Positions 38,523-48,731 of a DNA stretch of 64,000 bases are shown here, piece by piece. The stretch is from Candidatus Falkowbacteria bacterium HGW-Falkowbacteria-1. GTDB taxonomy: Bacteria > Patescibacteriota > Patescibacteriia > Patescibacteriales > UBA12465. The stretch lies in contig PHAI01000002.1 in NCBI GenBank assembly GCA_002840305.1, positions 202,707 to 266,706 on the forward strand. The letters are read 5' to 3'. Numbering within the stretch: position 1 is the stretch's first letter; each line of letters begins with the position of its first letter. The notes beneath the pieces were generated by a model that did not search any database, was not told the DNA's origin, and was given only the letters and a program-made list of their open reading frames with translations. The translations under genes and the position numbers were made by a program.

Positions 38523-39032
38523 TTATTTCCAAACTTCTTTCAAAAATTCCCTCCAGGCTTCCTCGATAATTTCTACATCTTCATCCGGAATCCGCTCGCC
38601 AAAAGAATTTATCTCATTTTTGTTAATACAAAAACCAAAAAAATGTTCTTGGTCTTTTATTCCGTCGCGGTAAGCCCAAACACTTATCTGGTTTACCACT
38701 CCATTTAATGAAGCTTTACCATCATCATCACGCCTTATAGTCATAAGGGCGTACCTGTTTCCTGCTTTGTCAAAAAAAGTGTACTGATAGTCAGAACATT
38801 CCTCACCCTGAGGAACTACAAACCCTTTTTTTTCAATAAAATCTACCGACTTTTTGAAGTCAATTTCGCTCACAATAATCTGGATCGGAAGATCTTCGGG
38901 TCCTTCGACCATGTCATTCATTAATTCCTCATACTTTTGCTCAACAATATTTTCACCTCCTCCCTGGTTCGAGCAGGATAAAAAAAAGAAACTTGCAAAA
39001 ATCGGAAAAAAAACAAAAAGATACTTTTTCAT
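38523..39032 (-). CDS. Putative lipoprotein
   Basis: Signal peptide with FLSC lipobox-like site. Confidence 0.65.
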   Translation of the reverse strand: MKKYLFVFFPIFASFFFLSCSNQGGGENIVEQKYEELMNDMVEGPEDLPIQIIVSEIDFKKSVDFIEKKGFVVPQGEECSDYQYTFFDKAGNRYALMTIRRDDDGKASLNGVVNQISVWAYRDGIKDQEHFFGFCINKNEINSFGERIPDEDVEIIEEAWREFLKEVWK

Positions 39033-39111
39033 GACAAAAAATTTTAAAATGAATTTATAAAAGAACTAATTGATAGCAAATATATAACAAATATAAATGT
39101 TTTTGTCAATA

Positions 39112-39681
39112 TTAATAAAGTCCTAAGCCACTCGATTTAAGCTCTTTTCTGACTTCCAAATAATCAGGAATGGTTTGTGCCACTAAGTTCCAAAAACGAC
39201 GAGAATGGTTAAGCTCTCCCAAATGACATAGCTCATGGGTAACAATATAATCAGCCATTTTCTCTGGCAAAAAAAGTATTTTATAATTAAAATTTAAATT
39301 ATTTTTTCTAGAACAACTGCCCCAACAAGTTTTTTGATTCTTAATACTTATCCTATTATACTTAAACTTATATATTTTGTTTATTTCTTCAACTTTATTT
39401 TTTATAAAAACAGCAGCTTCTTTTTTGTGAGTAACATACCTGCTACCGTCATCTCCAAGTATCCTCCCTTTAAACTTTTTAAAATGTTCCAGTTTCTTCA
39501 CGAGCCAGTTTGATTTTTGAACTATAAATCTCTCTACCATGCCGTCGCTAAAACCTCTCGGCCTAGTGACAATAAAATCACCGTCGCAATAGATGGCCAA
39601 ACGCATTCTTCTGGCCCTTTGACTGGTTTTAAGAGTATATTCAATATCCTTATCTTTTATTTTTATTGTTTGTTTTATCAT
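39112..39681 (-). CDS. YgjP/DUF45-family metal-dependent hydrolase
   Basis: WGSCS and HELCHLGELNHSRRFW. Confidence 0.9.
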   Translation of the reverse strand: MIKQTIKIKDKDIEYTLKTSQRARRMRLAIYCDGDFIVTRPRGFSDGMVERFIVQKSNWLVKKLEHFKKFKGRILGDDGSRYVTHKKEAAVFIKNKVEEINKIYKFKYNRISIKNQKTCWGSCSRKNNLNFNYKILFLPEKMADYIVTHELCHLGELNHSRRFWNLVAQTIPDYLEVRKELKSSGLGLY

Positions 39682-39689
39682 CTATTTAT

Positions 39690-39992
39690 TCAAAAACCTA
39701 GACTAATGGTAAAGGGAACAATTCCAAACCCGCAAACAATTCCTATGACAATCGCCAAAATAGCAAATATTAGACCCTTTTCTTTGCTACTATTTATTTG
39801 ACCAAAGGCTACAATTCCCAGGACAGCTCCAACCACGCCAGCCAAATCTAAACCAAAAATCGAAACAAGAGAAAAAATCATGGCCACTACGGCCAACTTA
39901 TTACAAAGAATTTTATCAGGAGCAGATATGTCTATTTCGCCCATGTCACCCTTCGGTCTTTTGGGGTCTGTAATGTTATTAAAATCTTTCAT
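39690..39992 (-). CDS. DUF4190-like membrane protein
   Basis: NKLAV...LGIVAFGQI...KGLIFAILAIVIG; start uncertain. Confidence 0.75.
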   Translation of the reverse strand: MKDFNNITDPKRPKGDMGEIDISAPDKILCNKLAVVAMIFSLVSIFGLDLAGVVGAVLGIVAFGQINSSKEKGLIFAILAIVIGIVCGFGIVPFTISLGF

Positions 39993-40006
39993 ATTAAATT
40001 TTACTT

Positions 40007-40390
40007 TCAATTTTTATGAATTCCGTGTTTCTCAATTATTTCTTTATTTTCAACGAGATTAAAAACTTCTTTCTTCGAAATTAAATCATCATTTTTTATT
40101 CTCTCTAAATCAAACTTATTCTCAATAGATTCAATCAATCGCTTATCGTCTACAAGATTAACTAGCTCGGCAAAAATATTAGCGTTTTCGTCCTTCCAAT
40201 TTTTATTTAAAATCAGATTATTCAAGGCATCCAAAATAATAACCTCCCTATTTTTTAAATCCACGCCGTTTTTAGAATCATTTTTATAATAATCCTTAAC
40301 AAGCTTATGAGCCTCAATTAACAAATCCTCTTGATTGGTAATTTTGTCTATTTTTGAAATTTCCTCTCTACCAAAATTCATTTTTTCCAT
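40007..40390 (-). CDS. Hypothetical protein
   Basis: 127-aa ORF in operon orientation. Confidence 0.6.
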   Translation of the reverse strand: MEKMNFGREEISKIDKITNQEDLLIEAHKLVKDYYKNDSKNGVDLKNREVIILDALNNLILNKNWKDENANIFAELVNLVDDKRLIESIENKFDLERIKNDDLISKKEVFNLVENKEIIEKHGIHKN

Positions 40391-40533
40391 ATTTTTATTA
40401 TCTTACCAAAACTACATAGGCGCACACTATGTATAATAAAGCACCATAAAGTAACAAGGTAAGTCTATTAATTATGCAATCAAAACAACCCCTAATAGTA
40501 ATCACTCCTTTGGTGATATACAAATCTCAAATA

Positions 40534-41223
40534 TTATATTTCATAAATAACATCCTTTCTTTCAATAACCACTTCCCAACCAGAAAGCTTGGCCTGCGAA
40601 TAAAGTTTGGCATTGGGGTTGAAACAAATTGGACGCTCTACCATTTGAAGTAATGTAATATCACCCTCTGAATCGCCAACACCGACAGAACCAGTAAGAA
40701 CCAAATTTTCTTTTTCAATCACCCGTTTTAAAATCTTAGACTTGTCAGAAATAAGCTCCAAATAAAGGGTCTCTCCCGTAAATTCATTATTTTCATCTAC
40801 CTCATAATCCCTACCATAAACCTTATCAAACCCCCAGTCACGACAAAAATCCTGAACAATTGCTTTTGGCGAATGAGAGATAGCCAACAAATAATAATTA
40901 TCTTTATCTAATTTTTTAATCAAATCTCGAGTATAGCGATAAACTCTGTCCTTGTTGTCTGCAACAACTTGTTTAGCTATTTCTATAAAAGCATTATTAT
41001 TTATTCCTTTAATATTTTTTTCAAAGGCTACAACCACGGCGCTAATATAATCCTCATAAGAGCCTCGACGATTGAACCAATCTTTATAAGCCCTAATGTA
41101 TGTATCTCTAATATTTTCCGGAAATAGTCCCTCGACAACCAAAGCCTCTACTAATTCAATTAACAGGCTAGACCGGAAGATTGTACCGTCAATATCAAAT
41201 ATGGCAATTTTATTCTTTTTCAT
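40534..41223 (-). CDS. HAD-IB family hydrolase (SerB-like)
   Basis: FDIDGT, ISHS, K, GDSEGD, NP. Confidence 0.9.
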   Translation of the reverse strand: MKKNKIAIFDIDGTIFRSSLLIELVEALVVEGLFPENIRDTYIRAYKDWFNRRGSYEDYISAVVVAFEKNIKGINNNAFIEIAKQVVADNKDRVYRYTRDLIKKLDKDNYYLLAISHSPKAIVQDFCRDWGFDKVYGRDYEVDENNEFTGETLYLELISDKSKILKRVIEKENLVLTGSVGVGDSEGDITLLQMVERPICFNPNAKLYSQAKLSGWEVVIERKDVIYEI

Positions 41224-41302
41224 ATGTTTTTTATTTTATTATAGCCTATTTTACAACGAAAATCAAACAAAGAACAAAAAAATAAAAAAATGAACCTAAA
41301 CG

Positions 41303-41331
41303 TTGACATTTATTTAAAAATGTGACACAAT
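41303..41331 (+). promoter_or_regulatory. Putative sigma70 promoter
   Basis: TTGACA-N17-CACAAT. Confidence 0.5.
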
Positions 41332-41472
41332 GCAAAGTTCGATCATTAAAAACCCATCTTCCAGACATGTTATGTTTTCCGATAAATTTAGTTTGGATTA
41401 ATTACTAAGTTCATATAAAATGTGTGCTTAATAATTAACCCAAATTATTTTTTTAACTTAAAACAAAACACC

Positions 41473-42045
41473 ATGAAGAAAATCATTAAAATGGCGCTGT
41501 GTCTATTCAATGATCCTCAAAAAGAGATCAAGAACGACAAAAGGTTCGGTGACCTAATGTATCAGATGCTGAAAATCCAGGAAATAGACAACAAGGTTTG
41601 GGCAATGGTAGCTTTACTTAAAAAAATAGCCGTTATCCGAGATAATGGTGGTTTTTCTAAACTAATTATCAGCCTAAAGAAAAGGAACCATGGCCAACTC
41701 AATGAAATTATAAAATCTCTCGAAACAATTCAAGAGCACATTGAAAGGGCTGGAAGAAATAGAAAAGGAATAAACAGGACAAATCGCGGAGAAGAAGTCA
41801 CCACGGATAAAGTATTTTTTGGAAAAATTTTTGGTCTACCTATCCAAACAGCATCTTATTGGTTAGAGCGACAAGAAATTATGAAGAAAGAAATCCGAGA
41901 AGACTTAAAAGACGACTTTGTCAAAACAGTTACTAATTGGACCTGCATCAACAACCAGGCCGGTAATTTTGTAACTTGTCACGCAGGAGGAATTCTGAAA
42001 GAACTTGAAAAAATTAAAATTTTTTCAGAAAAAAACAATAACTGA
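41473..42045 (+). CDS. Hypothetical protein
   Basis: ATG at 41473; own promoter and terminator. Confidence 0.65.
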   Translation: MKKIIKMALCLFNDPQKEIKNDKRFGDLMYQMLKIQEIDNKVWAMVALLKKIAVIRDNGGFSKLIISLKKRNHGQLNEIIKSLETIQEHIERAGRNRKGINRTNRGEEVTTDKVFFGKIFGLPIQTASYWLERQEIMKKEIREDLKDDFVKTVTNWTCINNQAGNFVTCHAGGILKELEKIKIFSEKNNN

Positions 42046-42063
42046 AATAGTTAAAATGCAAAC

Positions 42064-42093
42064 GGGGAGTCCAAAAACAGACTCCCCTTTTTT
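42064..42093 (+). terminator. Intrinsic terminator
   Basis: GGGGAGTC/GACTCCCC stem plus T run. Confidence 0.85.
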
Positions 42094-42352
42094 ATAAAAA
42101 ATTTTTCAAATTATATAGTATTTTTTTTTGCTCTTTTTTTAATTTTTTTATTTTAGCTTCTTCAATTAAGGCTTCCGATCTATTTTTAAATTCTTTTTGA
42201 TATATTAATTCCAAAGGACGACGATAGGCGGTATATTTCGCGCCCTTTTTACTGTTATTGTGCTCCTTTAAACGGCGCTCTATATCAGTTGTAATTCCAG
42301 TATAAAGCGAGCCGTCAGAACATTTTAATATGTATAAATAATAAGGCTTCAT
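42092..42352 (-). CDS. GIY-YIG nuclease (YhbQ/UPF0213-like)
   Basis: YLYILKCSDGSLYTGITTDIERRLKEHN, GAKYT, EAKIK. Confidence 0.92.
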   Translation of the reverse strand: MKPYYLYILKCSDGSLYTGITTDIERRLKEHNNSKKGAKYTAYRRPLELIYQKEFKNRSEALIEEAKIKKLKKEQKKILYNLKNFL

Positions 42353-42360
42353 TTAAAAAA

Positions 42361-43269
42361 TTATTTACTCCTTAAAATATTAATTCTATCGAATGATTCC
42401 GAACCGATTCTCCTGAATCTTTTATTAATAAACTTAAAATTGTTAATTTCATTAATACTCTTAATAATTTCGAACCTAGATGCCGGCGGAATTAATCTCT
42501 GGCTTTTATAAATACTAGGAGAATAGGAATAATAGAAAAAAACACCATCCTTGTTTACTTTTTTATTAATTTTTCTACTTACATCAACTAAGACATTTAA
42601 AACATTCTCCTCCTCGGTTTTACCAGTTAAATAATTTAAAACATTAGATAAATTAATAATATCAAAACCTCCTTTTAGTTTTTTGCAAGTTAGGATATCG
42701 TTAACATCTAATTGCAAAAATTGAATTTTTCTATTTTGAACTATTTCTCTGCACTTCAAATATTCCTTTTCATTCTTTAGATAATAATTAATGTCAGAAG
42801 CTAAAACATCGAACATCGAGCGTTGACGGAAATAATCTGATTTAATCAATTTCTTTCCTTTGTAATCGAATTCTTTGTAAAGTTTATCAAAAAAATTTCT
42901 GGTTTTTACAGATAAAAAAACTTTTAATTTATTGTAAAGACCAAATTCTAAACTTCCATCAATTAAGTTAGAACCAAAAAAATTAATAAACTCTAAATAA
43001 TTCAATTTATTAATAGCGGTCAACTTTAAATCTAGTATGAAGAAAGAATTGTAATTAATATCAAAAGCAACCACCTCTCTAGCTCCAAAATAAAAAGCAT
43101 TAATAATTTGGTCACCTGAACCACAAATACTCAAGACTCTTTTCCCTTCTAAATTTAAACAACTGTAATAATCGGAAACCATTTCAGTGGCATAAATATA
43201 CATTGGAGACCTGCTAGTCATTTTATCATGAGCTGGCTTTATCGTTTTTTTTATTTTCATATTGCTCAC
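42361..43269 (-). CDS. DUF3419/BtaA-like SAM-dependent protein
   Basis: VLSICGSGD, AFDIN, LKL, FDIINLSN. Confidence 0.7.
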   Translation of the reverse strand: MSNMKIKKTIKPAHDKMTSRSPMYIYATEMVSDYYSCLNLEGKRVLSICGSGDQIINAFYFGAREVVAFDINYNSFFILDLKLTAINKLNYLEFINFFGSNLIDGSLEFGLYNKLKVFLSVKTRNFFDKLYKEFDYKGKKLIKSDYFRQRSMFDVLASDINYYLKNEKEYLKCREIVQNRKIQFLQLDVNDILTCKKLKGGFDIINLSNVLNYLTGKTEEENVLNVLVDVSRKINKKVNKDGVFFYYSYSPSIYKSQRLIPPASRFEIIKSINEINNFKFINKRFRRIGSESFDRINILRSK

Positions 43270-43332
43270 ATAATTTTATCAATAAATAAGCACTTACATT
43301 ATAATCTATTTAAAATAAAAATAGAAACTAAT

Positions 43333-43362
43333 AAAAAAGCCGTTGACTAAAAACAACGGCTT
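43333..43362 (-). terminator. Terminator after purA
   Basis: AAGCCGTTG/CAACGGCTT stem with U-tract on minus strand. Confidence 0.75.
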
Positions 43363-43379
43363 AAAACTTTGAAAATTTA

Positions 43380-44894
43380 CTAAACAAAAATAGTTTCTGA
43401 TCTTTCTGGACCAGTTGAAACTATTCTAGGGTTCATACCGGTCTCAAGCGAAATAAAATCTATTATCTGTCTTAACTCACTCGGCAAAGAACCAAAGGTA
43501 CTAATGCCTTTTAGGCTTTGCTTCCAGCCAGGAAATTCTTGATAAATTGGTTGGCAATGTTCCAAGACATCGCTCAAAATAATTGCTTCGTCAATTTTGC
43601 ATCCCGTTTTTAAAATACTTGAGCCATATTGATAATCTGGGCCAACATATTTGTAGGCGGTACAAATCTTTATTGTCTCGCAATCATTTAAAACATCAAC
43701 TTTAGTCAAGATTGTGTCTGGACCAGAATATATTAGGGCATGTCTCAAAAGAACTAGATCCAACCAACCAGTACGTCGCGGTCTTTTTGTGGTTTTCCCA
43801 TACTCATTGCCAGCCCTTCGAATGGCAACTCCCTGAGAAAACTCACCTGCATCATTTACCGAGGCTTGGAAAAAATTTTCATCCTCAGTTTCACGGCTTG
43901 ACCATCCATTATTACACCATTTTTCAGACTCATCGCCTCCCATTTCAGTCGGAAATGGGCCGCCACCAACTCTGGTTATATAAGGTGCCTTAACTATTCC
44001 TAAAGACAAACCAACATCTTCTGGATTAAGACCAGCACCTTTGGCTAGGCCAGCAACCGTGCAATCTGAAGCGGTAACATATGGATAAGTGCCATGATCA
44101 ATGCTAAGCAGTGCCCCCTGAGCACCTTCCAATAAAATCATTAATCTACCAACCGCTTGTCTGACAAAACTATCAGTGTCAGTAATTAAATCTTTTAATT
44201 CCTTGCCATAAGCCAAATATTTTTCAATAATTGCATCAACATCAAAAATGTTTTTGGCATTATAATAAATACCGCTTTCCAAATATTCCTGTTGAAAAAT
44301 ATTCTCAACAAGCCAGGGATCATAAGTTTTAAGTAAACGAGTTTTGTCCAACAAATTCTCTCTCAATTTTTTGACAAAAATGTCGGGATTAAGCAAGTGA
44401 TTCATTATTAAACCGGTACGATTATAATGATCAACGTAAGCTGGACCAATTCCTTTGCCAGTCGTACCAATCTTGCCGGCGCCACTGCTACTTTCCTTAA
44501 GTCTGTCAACCAAAATATGCTGCGGTAAGATTAATTTAGCATTGAGAGCAATTCTCAAGTAATCGTAACTTAGGCCCATTTTTTTTAAGGACTCAATCTC
44601 CCCAATTAATGCCCTCGGATTAACAACGGTACCACTACCAATAATGTTATGCTTACCAAAAGAATCATACAAGATACCCGAGGGAAGAAGATGGGTAACC
44701 AATTCCTTGGTCTCGCCAAGCTCATCCTTCCAACAAATTGTATGACCAGCGTTATCACCACCGGTTCCACGTACAATTATGTCAGCAAACTCAGCAAATA
44801 AATCAGCAAACTTGCCCTTACCAGTGTCTCCCCACTGATTACAGGTAACGGCCACAACTTTGTGTAGCTCCAATAAACTTCTTATCTCTTCCAT
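43380..44894 (-). CDS. purA: Adenylosuccinate synthetase
   Basis: QWGDTGKGK, GGDNAGHT, IGTTGKGIGPAY, EGAQG, GTYPYVT, EYGKTTKRPRRTGW. Confidence 0.96.
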   Translation of the reverse strand: MEEIRSLLELHKVVAVTCNQWGDTGKGKFADLFAEFADIIVRGTGGDNAGHTICWKDELGETKELVTHLLPSGILYDSFGKHNIIGSGTVVNPRALIGEIESLKKMGLSYDYLRIALNAKLILPQHILVDRLKESSSGAGKIGTTGKGIGPAYVDHYNRTGLIMNHLLNPDIFVKKLRENLLDKTRLLKTYDPWLVENIFQQEYLESGIYYNAKNIFDVDAIIEKYLAYGKELKDLITDTDSFVRQAVGRLMILLEGAQGALLSIDHGTYPYVTASDCTVAGLAKGAGLNPEDVGLSLGIVKAPYITRVGGGPFPTEMGGDESEKWCNNGWSSRETEDENFFQASVNDAGEFSQGVAIRRAGNEYGKTTKRPRRTGWLDLVLLRHALIYSGPDTILTKVDVLNDCETIKICTAYKYVGPDYQYGSSILKTGCKIDEAIILSDVLEHCQPIYQEFPGWKQSLKGISTFGSLPSELRQIIDFISLETGMNPRIVSTGPERSETIFV

Positions 44895-45086
44895 ATTTTA
44901 GTCCTTTCTTTACTTTTGTTGTTAAAAAACTAATTAATTTAATAAATATTGACCTTTTATTCTAGTTTAGGATAAAAATAAAGTCAAGGCTCAATCTTCC
45001 TCAAAAAAATGTTTTTATCAAAAAAAAATGAGCCAAAAATCGGCTCACTTATTTTTCAAAATTAAAAATAATGGAAAAATATTCTT

Positions 45087-45701
45087 TTATTTTTTTAAAT
45101 ATTCATTCAAAACTTTGATTGCTTTCTTAAACGCTTTGCCTCGATGATTTATGGCTATTAACTCTTCGTGGTCAAGCTCGGCATTGGTTTTTTGATAATC
45201 AAACTCTTTGGCTAAAAATATTGGAGCATAACCGAAGCTCTTCTCCCCTTTCGGTTCCAAGGCAATTTTTCCTTGCCAAGTACCAAAAACAGTATCAACG
45301 AATTTTGTTTGTGGGTCATAAATTGCTACAGTGCAATTATAATGGCAAGTCCTTATTTCTACGCCACTCATCTCTTCTATGATTTTTAAATAATTAGCCT
45401 GATCAGTTCCCTCTTCGGAATACCTAGCAGAATAAACTCCTGGCCGACCATTCAGAGCATCAACGCAAAAGCCGCTGTCGTCAGCTAAAACAATCATTTT
45501 CATAAGTTCGCCAGAAACAATAGCCTTAATCAAAGCATTACCTTCAAAACTTTTGGCGTTCTCTAGTATTTTTAAATCTTTAAATTCTTCTGGAAAATCA
45601 AACAAAAACTTAAGATCAAAATCAGTATCTTTAAAAATTTCTTTAATTTCTTTTGCCTTTCCTCTATTAGCAGTGGCTATCAATATACTTTTATTATTCA
45701 T
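45087..45701 (-). CDS. rdgB: Non-canonical purine NTP pyrophosphatase (Ham1 family)
   Basis: ATANRGK, ADDSG, PGVYSARY, FGYAPIF, NHRGKA. Confidence 0.92.
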   Translation of the reverse strand: MNNKSILIATANRGKAKEIKEIFKDTDFDLKFLFDFPEEFKDLKILENAKSFEGNALIKAIVSGELMKMIVLADDSGFCVDALNGRPGVYSARYSEEGTDQANYLKIIEEMSGVEIRTCHYNCTVAIYDPQTKFVDTVFGTWQGKIALEPKGEKSFGYAPIFLAKEFDYQKTNAELDHEELIAINHRGKAFKKAIKVLNEYLKK

Positions 45702-45716
45702 TGTTTTAAAATTAAA

Positions 45717-46058
45717 CTAAATTATATTTTCCCATTGTTCAGGATAAAATGCTGGGCTAGTGGAAATAACTAATTTTAAATTGTCAGCCTCAATATAATA
45801 CTCTTGACCAATATTAATATGAAGAACATCTCCCTCGTTTATAATACAAGATTTATCATCGACATAGACTTTGGCCGAACCAGATAAAACATAATAAACC
45901 TCATGGCAAACATTATTTTTCATTAAACCATTGTCAGGAATACGACCGTTTAATTCTGATACTGCTACGCCTAGACTTTTATTATAATCTTTATACTCAT
46001 AAACAAATCCTTCTTTAGCTATTTGCTTTTTGATTGCTTGTGATTTTTTAATAAGCAT
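45717..46058 (-). CDS. Cupin-domain protein
   Basis: EVYYVLSGSA...INEGDVLHI. Confidence 0.8.
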   Translation of the reverse strand: MLIKKSQAIKKQIAKEGFVYEYKDYNKSLGVAVSELNGRIPDNGLMKNNVCHEVYYVLSGSAKVYVDDKSCIINEGDVLHINIGQEYYIEADNLKLVISTSPAFYPEQWENII

Positions 46059-46160
46059 TTTAAACTAACTTTAGATTAATAAAATTATGTTCTAATTATA
46101 AACCATTTTTGTTCATATATCAACCGAGTTTCTCCTTTTTTTATATAAAAAAACCGGATT

Positions 46161-46619
46161 TTATTGAAACCCGGTTATAAAGTTTTTTAAAAATTCTAAT
46201 ATTTCCTCCCTAAAAATGCTATACAGCGCTCCAGAAACGAAACAAAAGGTTATAGCACTAATCATTGCCTTGCCAATATTGGGCCAAGTAATTAAACTTA
46301 TTTTTAAATTTAATTTTTGCAAGCCCCTAATGACTACATTGTTTACAAAAATAATTTTAGCAATATAAATTACTGGCGATTGGCTAGCCAGTTTCACTCC
46401 AGCTAAAAAATGATCAACGATATTTCTGTCTATTTCTTTTGAACTCCAGACACCGTCAGTACTTAGAAAAAAGAATACTATAACAATGTCGGTAAGACTG
46501 GTAAACAATCTGCAAATTAAAGATTGCTTAAAGCTAAACTTTAAAACTAAAACTTCATAAGGAAGAATTAGAAAATTAACAAGCTCAAGCATTATATAAA
46601 AAACTATTCTTTCCGACAT
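46161..46619 (-). CDS. Membrane hypothetical protein
   Basis: Hydrophobic 152-aa ORF with upstream TTGACT-N17-TATAAT and downstream hairpin. Confidence 0.6.
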   Translation of the reverse strand: MSERIVFYIMLELVNFLILPYEVLVLKFSFKQSLICRLFTSLTDIVIVFFFLSTDGVWSSKEIDRNIVDHFLAGVKLASQSPVIYIAKIIFVNNVVIRGLQKLNLKISLITWPNIGKAMISAITFCFVSGALYSIFREEILEFLKNFITGFQ

Positions 46620-46716
46620 CTCTTCTCTGTTTTAATATTGATTTAATTTGCAAAAGTACTGTGGTAAATTATAACACAAAAAATATTATTAGTCAAGATA
46701 ATGCTCGATTATAGCT

Positions 46717-47298
46717 TTAAATATCAGGAAAAAGGTCTATATTTCTCTTCTTCAGCTCAAAAAAACATCGATAACAAGCCACTACATCAGCTAAGGCGTT
46801 GTGAGCATTATCGAAATCTTCATTAAATAATTTATAGTATAAATATGATAATTTGGGGAATCTTCTGTTAGGTAAATCGCAGAAACTGATACTTTTTTTC
46901 ATGGTACAAATAGTTTTTAAACTTAAAAAATCCGTATCCATTCTTGCTCTTAAAAATTCTGCGGCCAAAATATTCTGATCAAACATCAAGTTATGAGCCA
47001 CCAAAATCGGACTACTATCGCTCAAGCTCTTGTTAAAAATATTTAAAATATTTTTTAAATCTCCTCCTTCTTGGTGGGCTTTTAAATTGTCTATGCCATG
47101 GATAACAGACGCCACTTCAGGAATAGTAAAGCCATTTGGCTTAATAATATATTCGTGCTCAGATATAACTTGGCCAAAGTCATCAGTTAAAAGCCAGGCG
47201 ATTTGCACCAATCTTGGCCAATTGTCCAAATCAGATATAGGAGCATTATATTTTTTCGGCAAACCAGTTGTCTCAGTATCAAAAAATAAATATGACAT
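46717..47298 (-). CDS. DEDDh 3'-5' exonuclease (DnaQ-like)
   Basis: FDTETTG, VAHNLMFD, AHNALADV. Confidence 0.92.
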   Translation of the reverse strand: MSYLFFDTETTGLPKKYNAPISDLDNWPRLVQIAWLLTDDFGQVISEHEYIIKPNGFTIPEVASVIHGIDNLKAHQEGGDLKNILNIFNKSLSDSSPILVAHNLMFDQNILAAEFLRARMDTDFLSLKTICTMKKSISFCDLPNRRFPKLSYLYYKLFNEDFDNAHNALADVVACYRCFFELKKRNIDLFPDI

Positions 47299-47473
47299 AA
47301 AAAAATTAAATAATATTTTTTAGGAAAAATTAATCTTTTTTCATTTATAATTCATATTTAACTTACCACAAGTTTATACAAAAATCAAAACAAAAAAAAC
47401 AATATAACAACATTGTTTTTATAAATAAAAAACCCACCATATTCCAAGTGGGTTAAAATTTTTTTTATTCATC

Positions 47474-48088
47474 TCAATCTCCATACTTTCTATACAGAAA
47501 AAGAATTAAACAATAAAGAATAACTGCTACAAAATTGAAAATTTGTAACGGCCAATTATTTATTGATAAGGCATATACGAACCAAAACACTCCGGTTAAT
47601 AAAAAAACAACAACAAATTTAATCTCAACAGAACCGCGAGACCCTTCCCTGATCATTGTTAACGGTTGGGTGGCCAAAGTTGTCAAACTAATCACTAGTA
47701 AAATAAAAACAAAAATGTCTTTCTGGTTAGTAACAATCATTATTGGAACGATTGCCGCAGCGAAAATAAATGATAGAAAATCGAGCAAGCTTAACCCTTT
47801 GAACTTAATTATTCCCATGACGACCGGAATGCAAGGGATAAAAAGCAAACCATTAAAAACCATGGCTAAACTATTTTTACTTAAGCCATAAAATATAAAA
47901 GCTATAAAGTAAAAAAAGAACAAGAAAAAGAACGGCGCTGATAATGATTTGGCCGATCTTCTTCGCCAAATTTTTTGGCCTTGTTTAGTGAAGCCATAGG
48001 CCTGAAAAATAGTAAACACCATCGTCATTAAGGAGGATATGGTCAAAGAATTAAATCCCCAATTCTGAATTTCAACAAAATCTGTCAT
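47474..48088 (-). CDS. PQ-loop/SWEET-like transporter with two repeats
   Basis: Two Q..K/MI..RS..S(L/V) repeats, about 7 TM segments, conserved N in each half. Confidence 0.7.
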   Translation of the reverse strand: MTDFVEIQNWGFNSLTISSLMTMVFTIFQAYGFTKQGQKIWRRRSAKSLSAPFFFLFFFYFIAFIFYGLSKNSLAMVFNGLLFIPCIPVVMGIIKFKGLSLLDFLSFIFAAAIVPIMIVTNQKDIFVFILLVISLTTLATQPLTMIREGSRGSVEIKFVVVFLLTGVFWFVYALSINNWPLQIFNFVAVILYCLILFLYRKYGD

Positions 48089-48176
48089 CTCATTTTTTTA
48101 TTAGGTTAGTAATTTTTAAGGTGCAAATCCAAATAAATTAGCACAAAAAAACACCCCTGTCAACTATTATATTAAC

Positions 48177-48203
48177 AAAAAGCAACCAATAGTGGTTGCT
48201 TTT
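48177..48203. terminator. Terminator
   Basis: AAAAGCAACCA/TGGTTGCTTTT. Confidence 0.75.
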
Positions 48204-48231
48204 CTGTGCTAACAACTTTAATAATTTTATT

Positions 48232-48681
48232 CTATTTAGAAATTTTCATAATCTGATAATTTATTTTAATATCAACTGGAAGTTCGGCCACCAACTCGTA
48301 GCTCCCACCATTTACCTTTTGAGAAACATTTAGATGATACCGCCCCTCTCTGGTTACTGGAAAACCTTGAATGTTAGTTCTATTCCTAAATCTAGAAACC
48401 CCACTCTTTACGACAAAAGAATTACTAAAACTACTCAAAATTTGATTATCAGGATCCACTAGCTCCCCTTTTAACTCTAAATTATTTTCCTTGGAAGAAT
48501 CTTCAATAGTCCAAAAACTTACTAATTGAAACTCGGCAGGAATAATAATTTTTTTACCATCAGAAACTTTATCTTTATCAATAAGTACGCTCATCTCCTC
48601 AATACAAGTAAACAAACTCAAAAGATTCTTTTCAGAATCAATTGAAGACTGCTGACAAATAATTGACCAAACGTGTTTCAT
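48232..48681 (-). CDS. Hypothetical beta-sandwich protein (DUF6941-like)
   Basis: WSIIC...D...LSL N-terminus and GRY near the C-terminus. Confidence 0.6.
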   Translation of the reverse strand: MKHVWSIICQQSSIDSEKNLLSLFTCIEEMSVLIDKDKVSDGKKIIIPAEFQLVSFWTIEDSSKENNLELKGELVDPDNQILSSFSNSFVVKSGVSRFRNRTNIQGFPVTREGRYHLNVSQKVNGGSYELVAELPVDIKINYQIMKISK

Positions 48682-48731
48682 ATAATCTTAATTTAATATA
48701 AATTTATTAAAACACCAAAAAACAAAAAAAT

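Noticed and set aside
43380..44894. PurZ (Z-genome enzyme) instead of PurA
   Set aside because: The catalytic Asp is retained (WGDTGKG), whereas PurZ has Ser; no phage context
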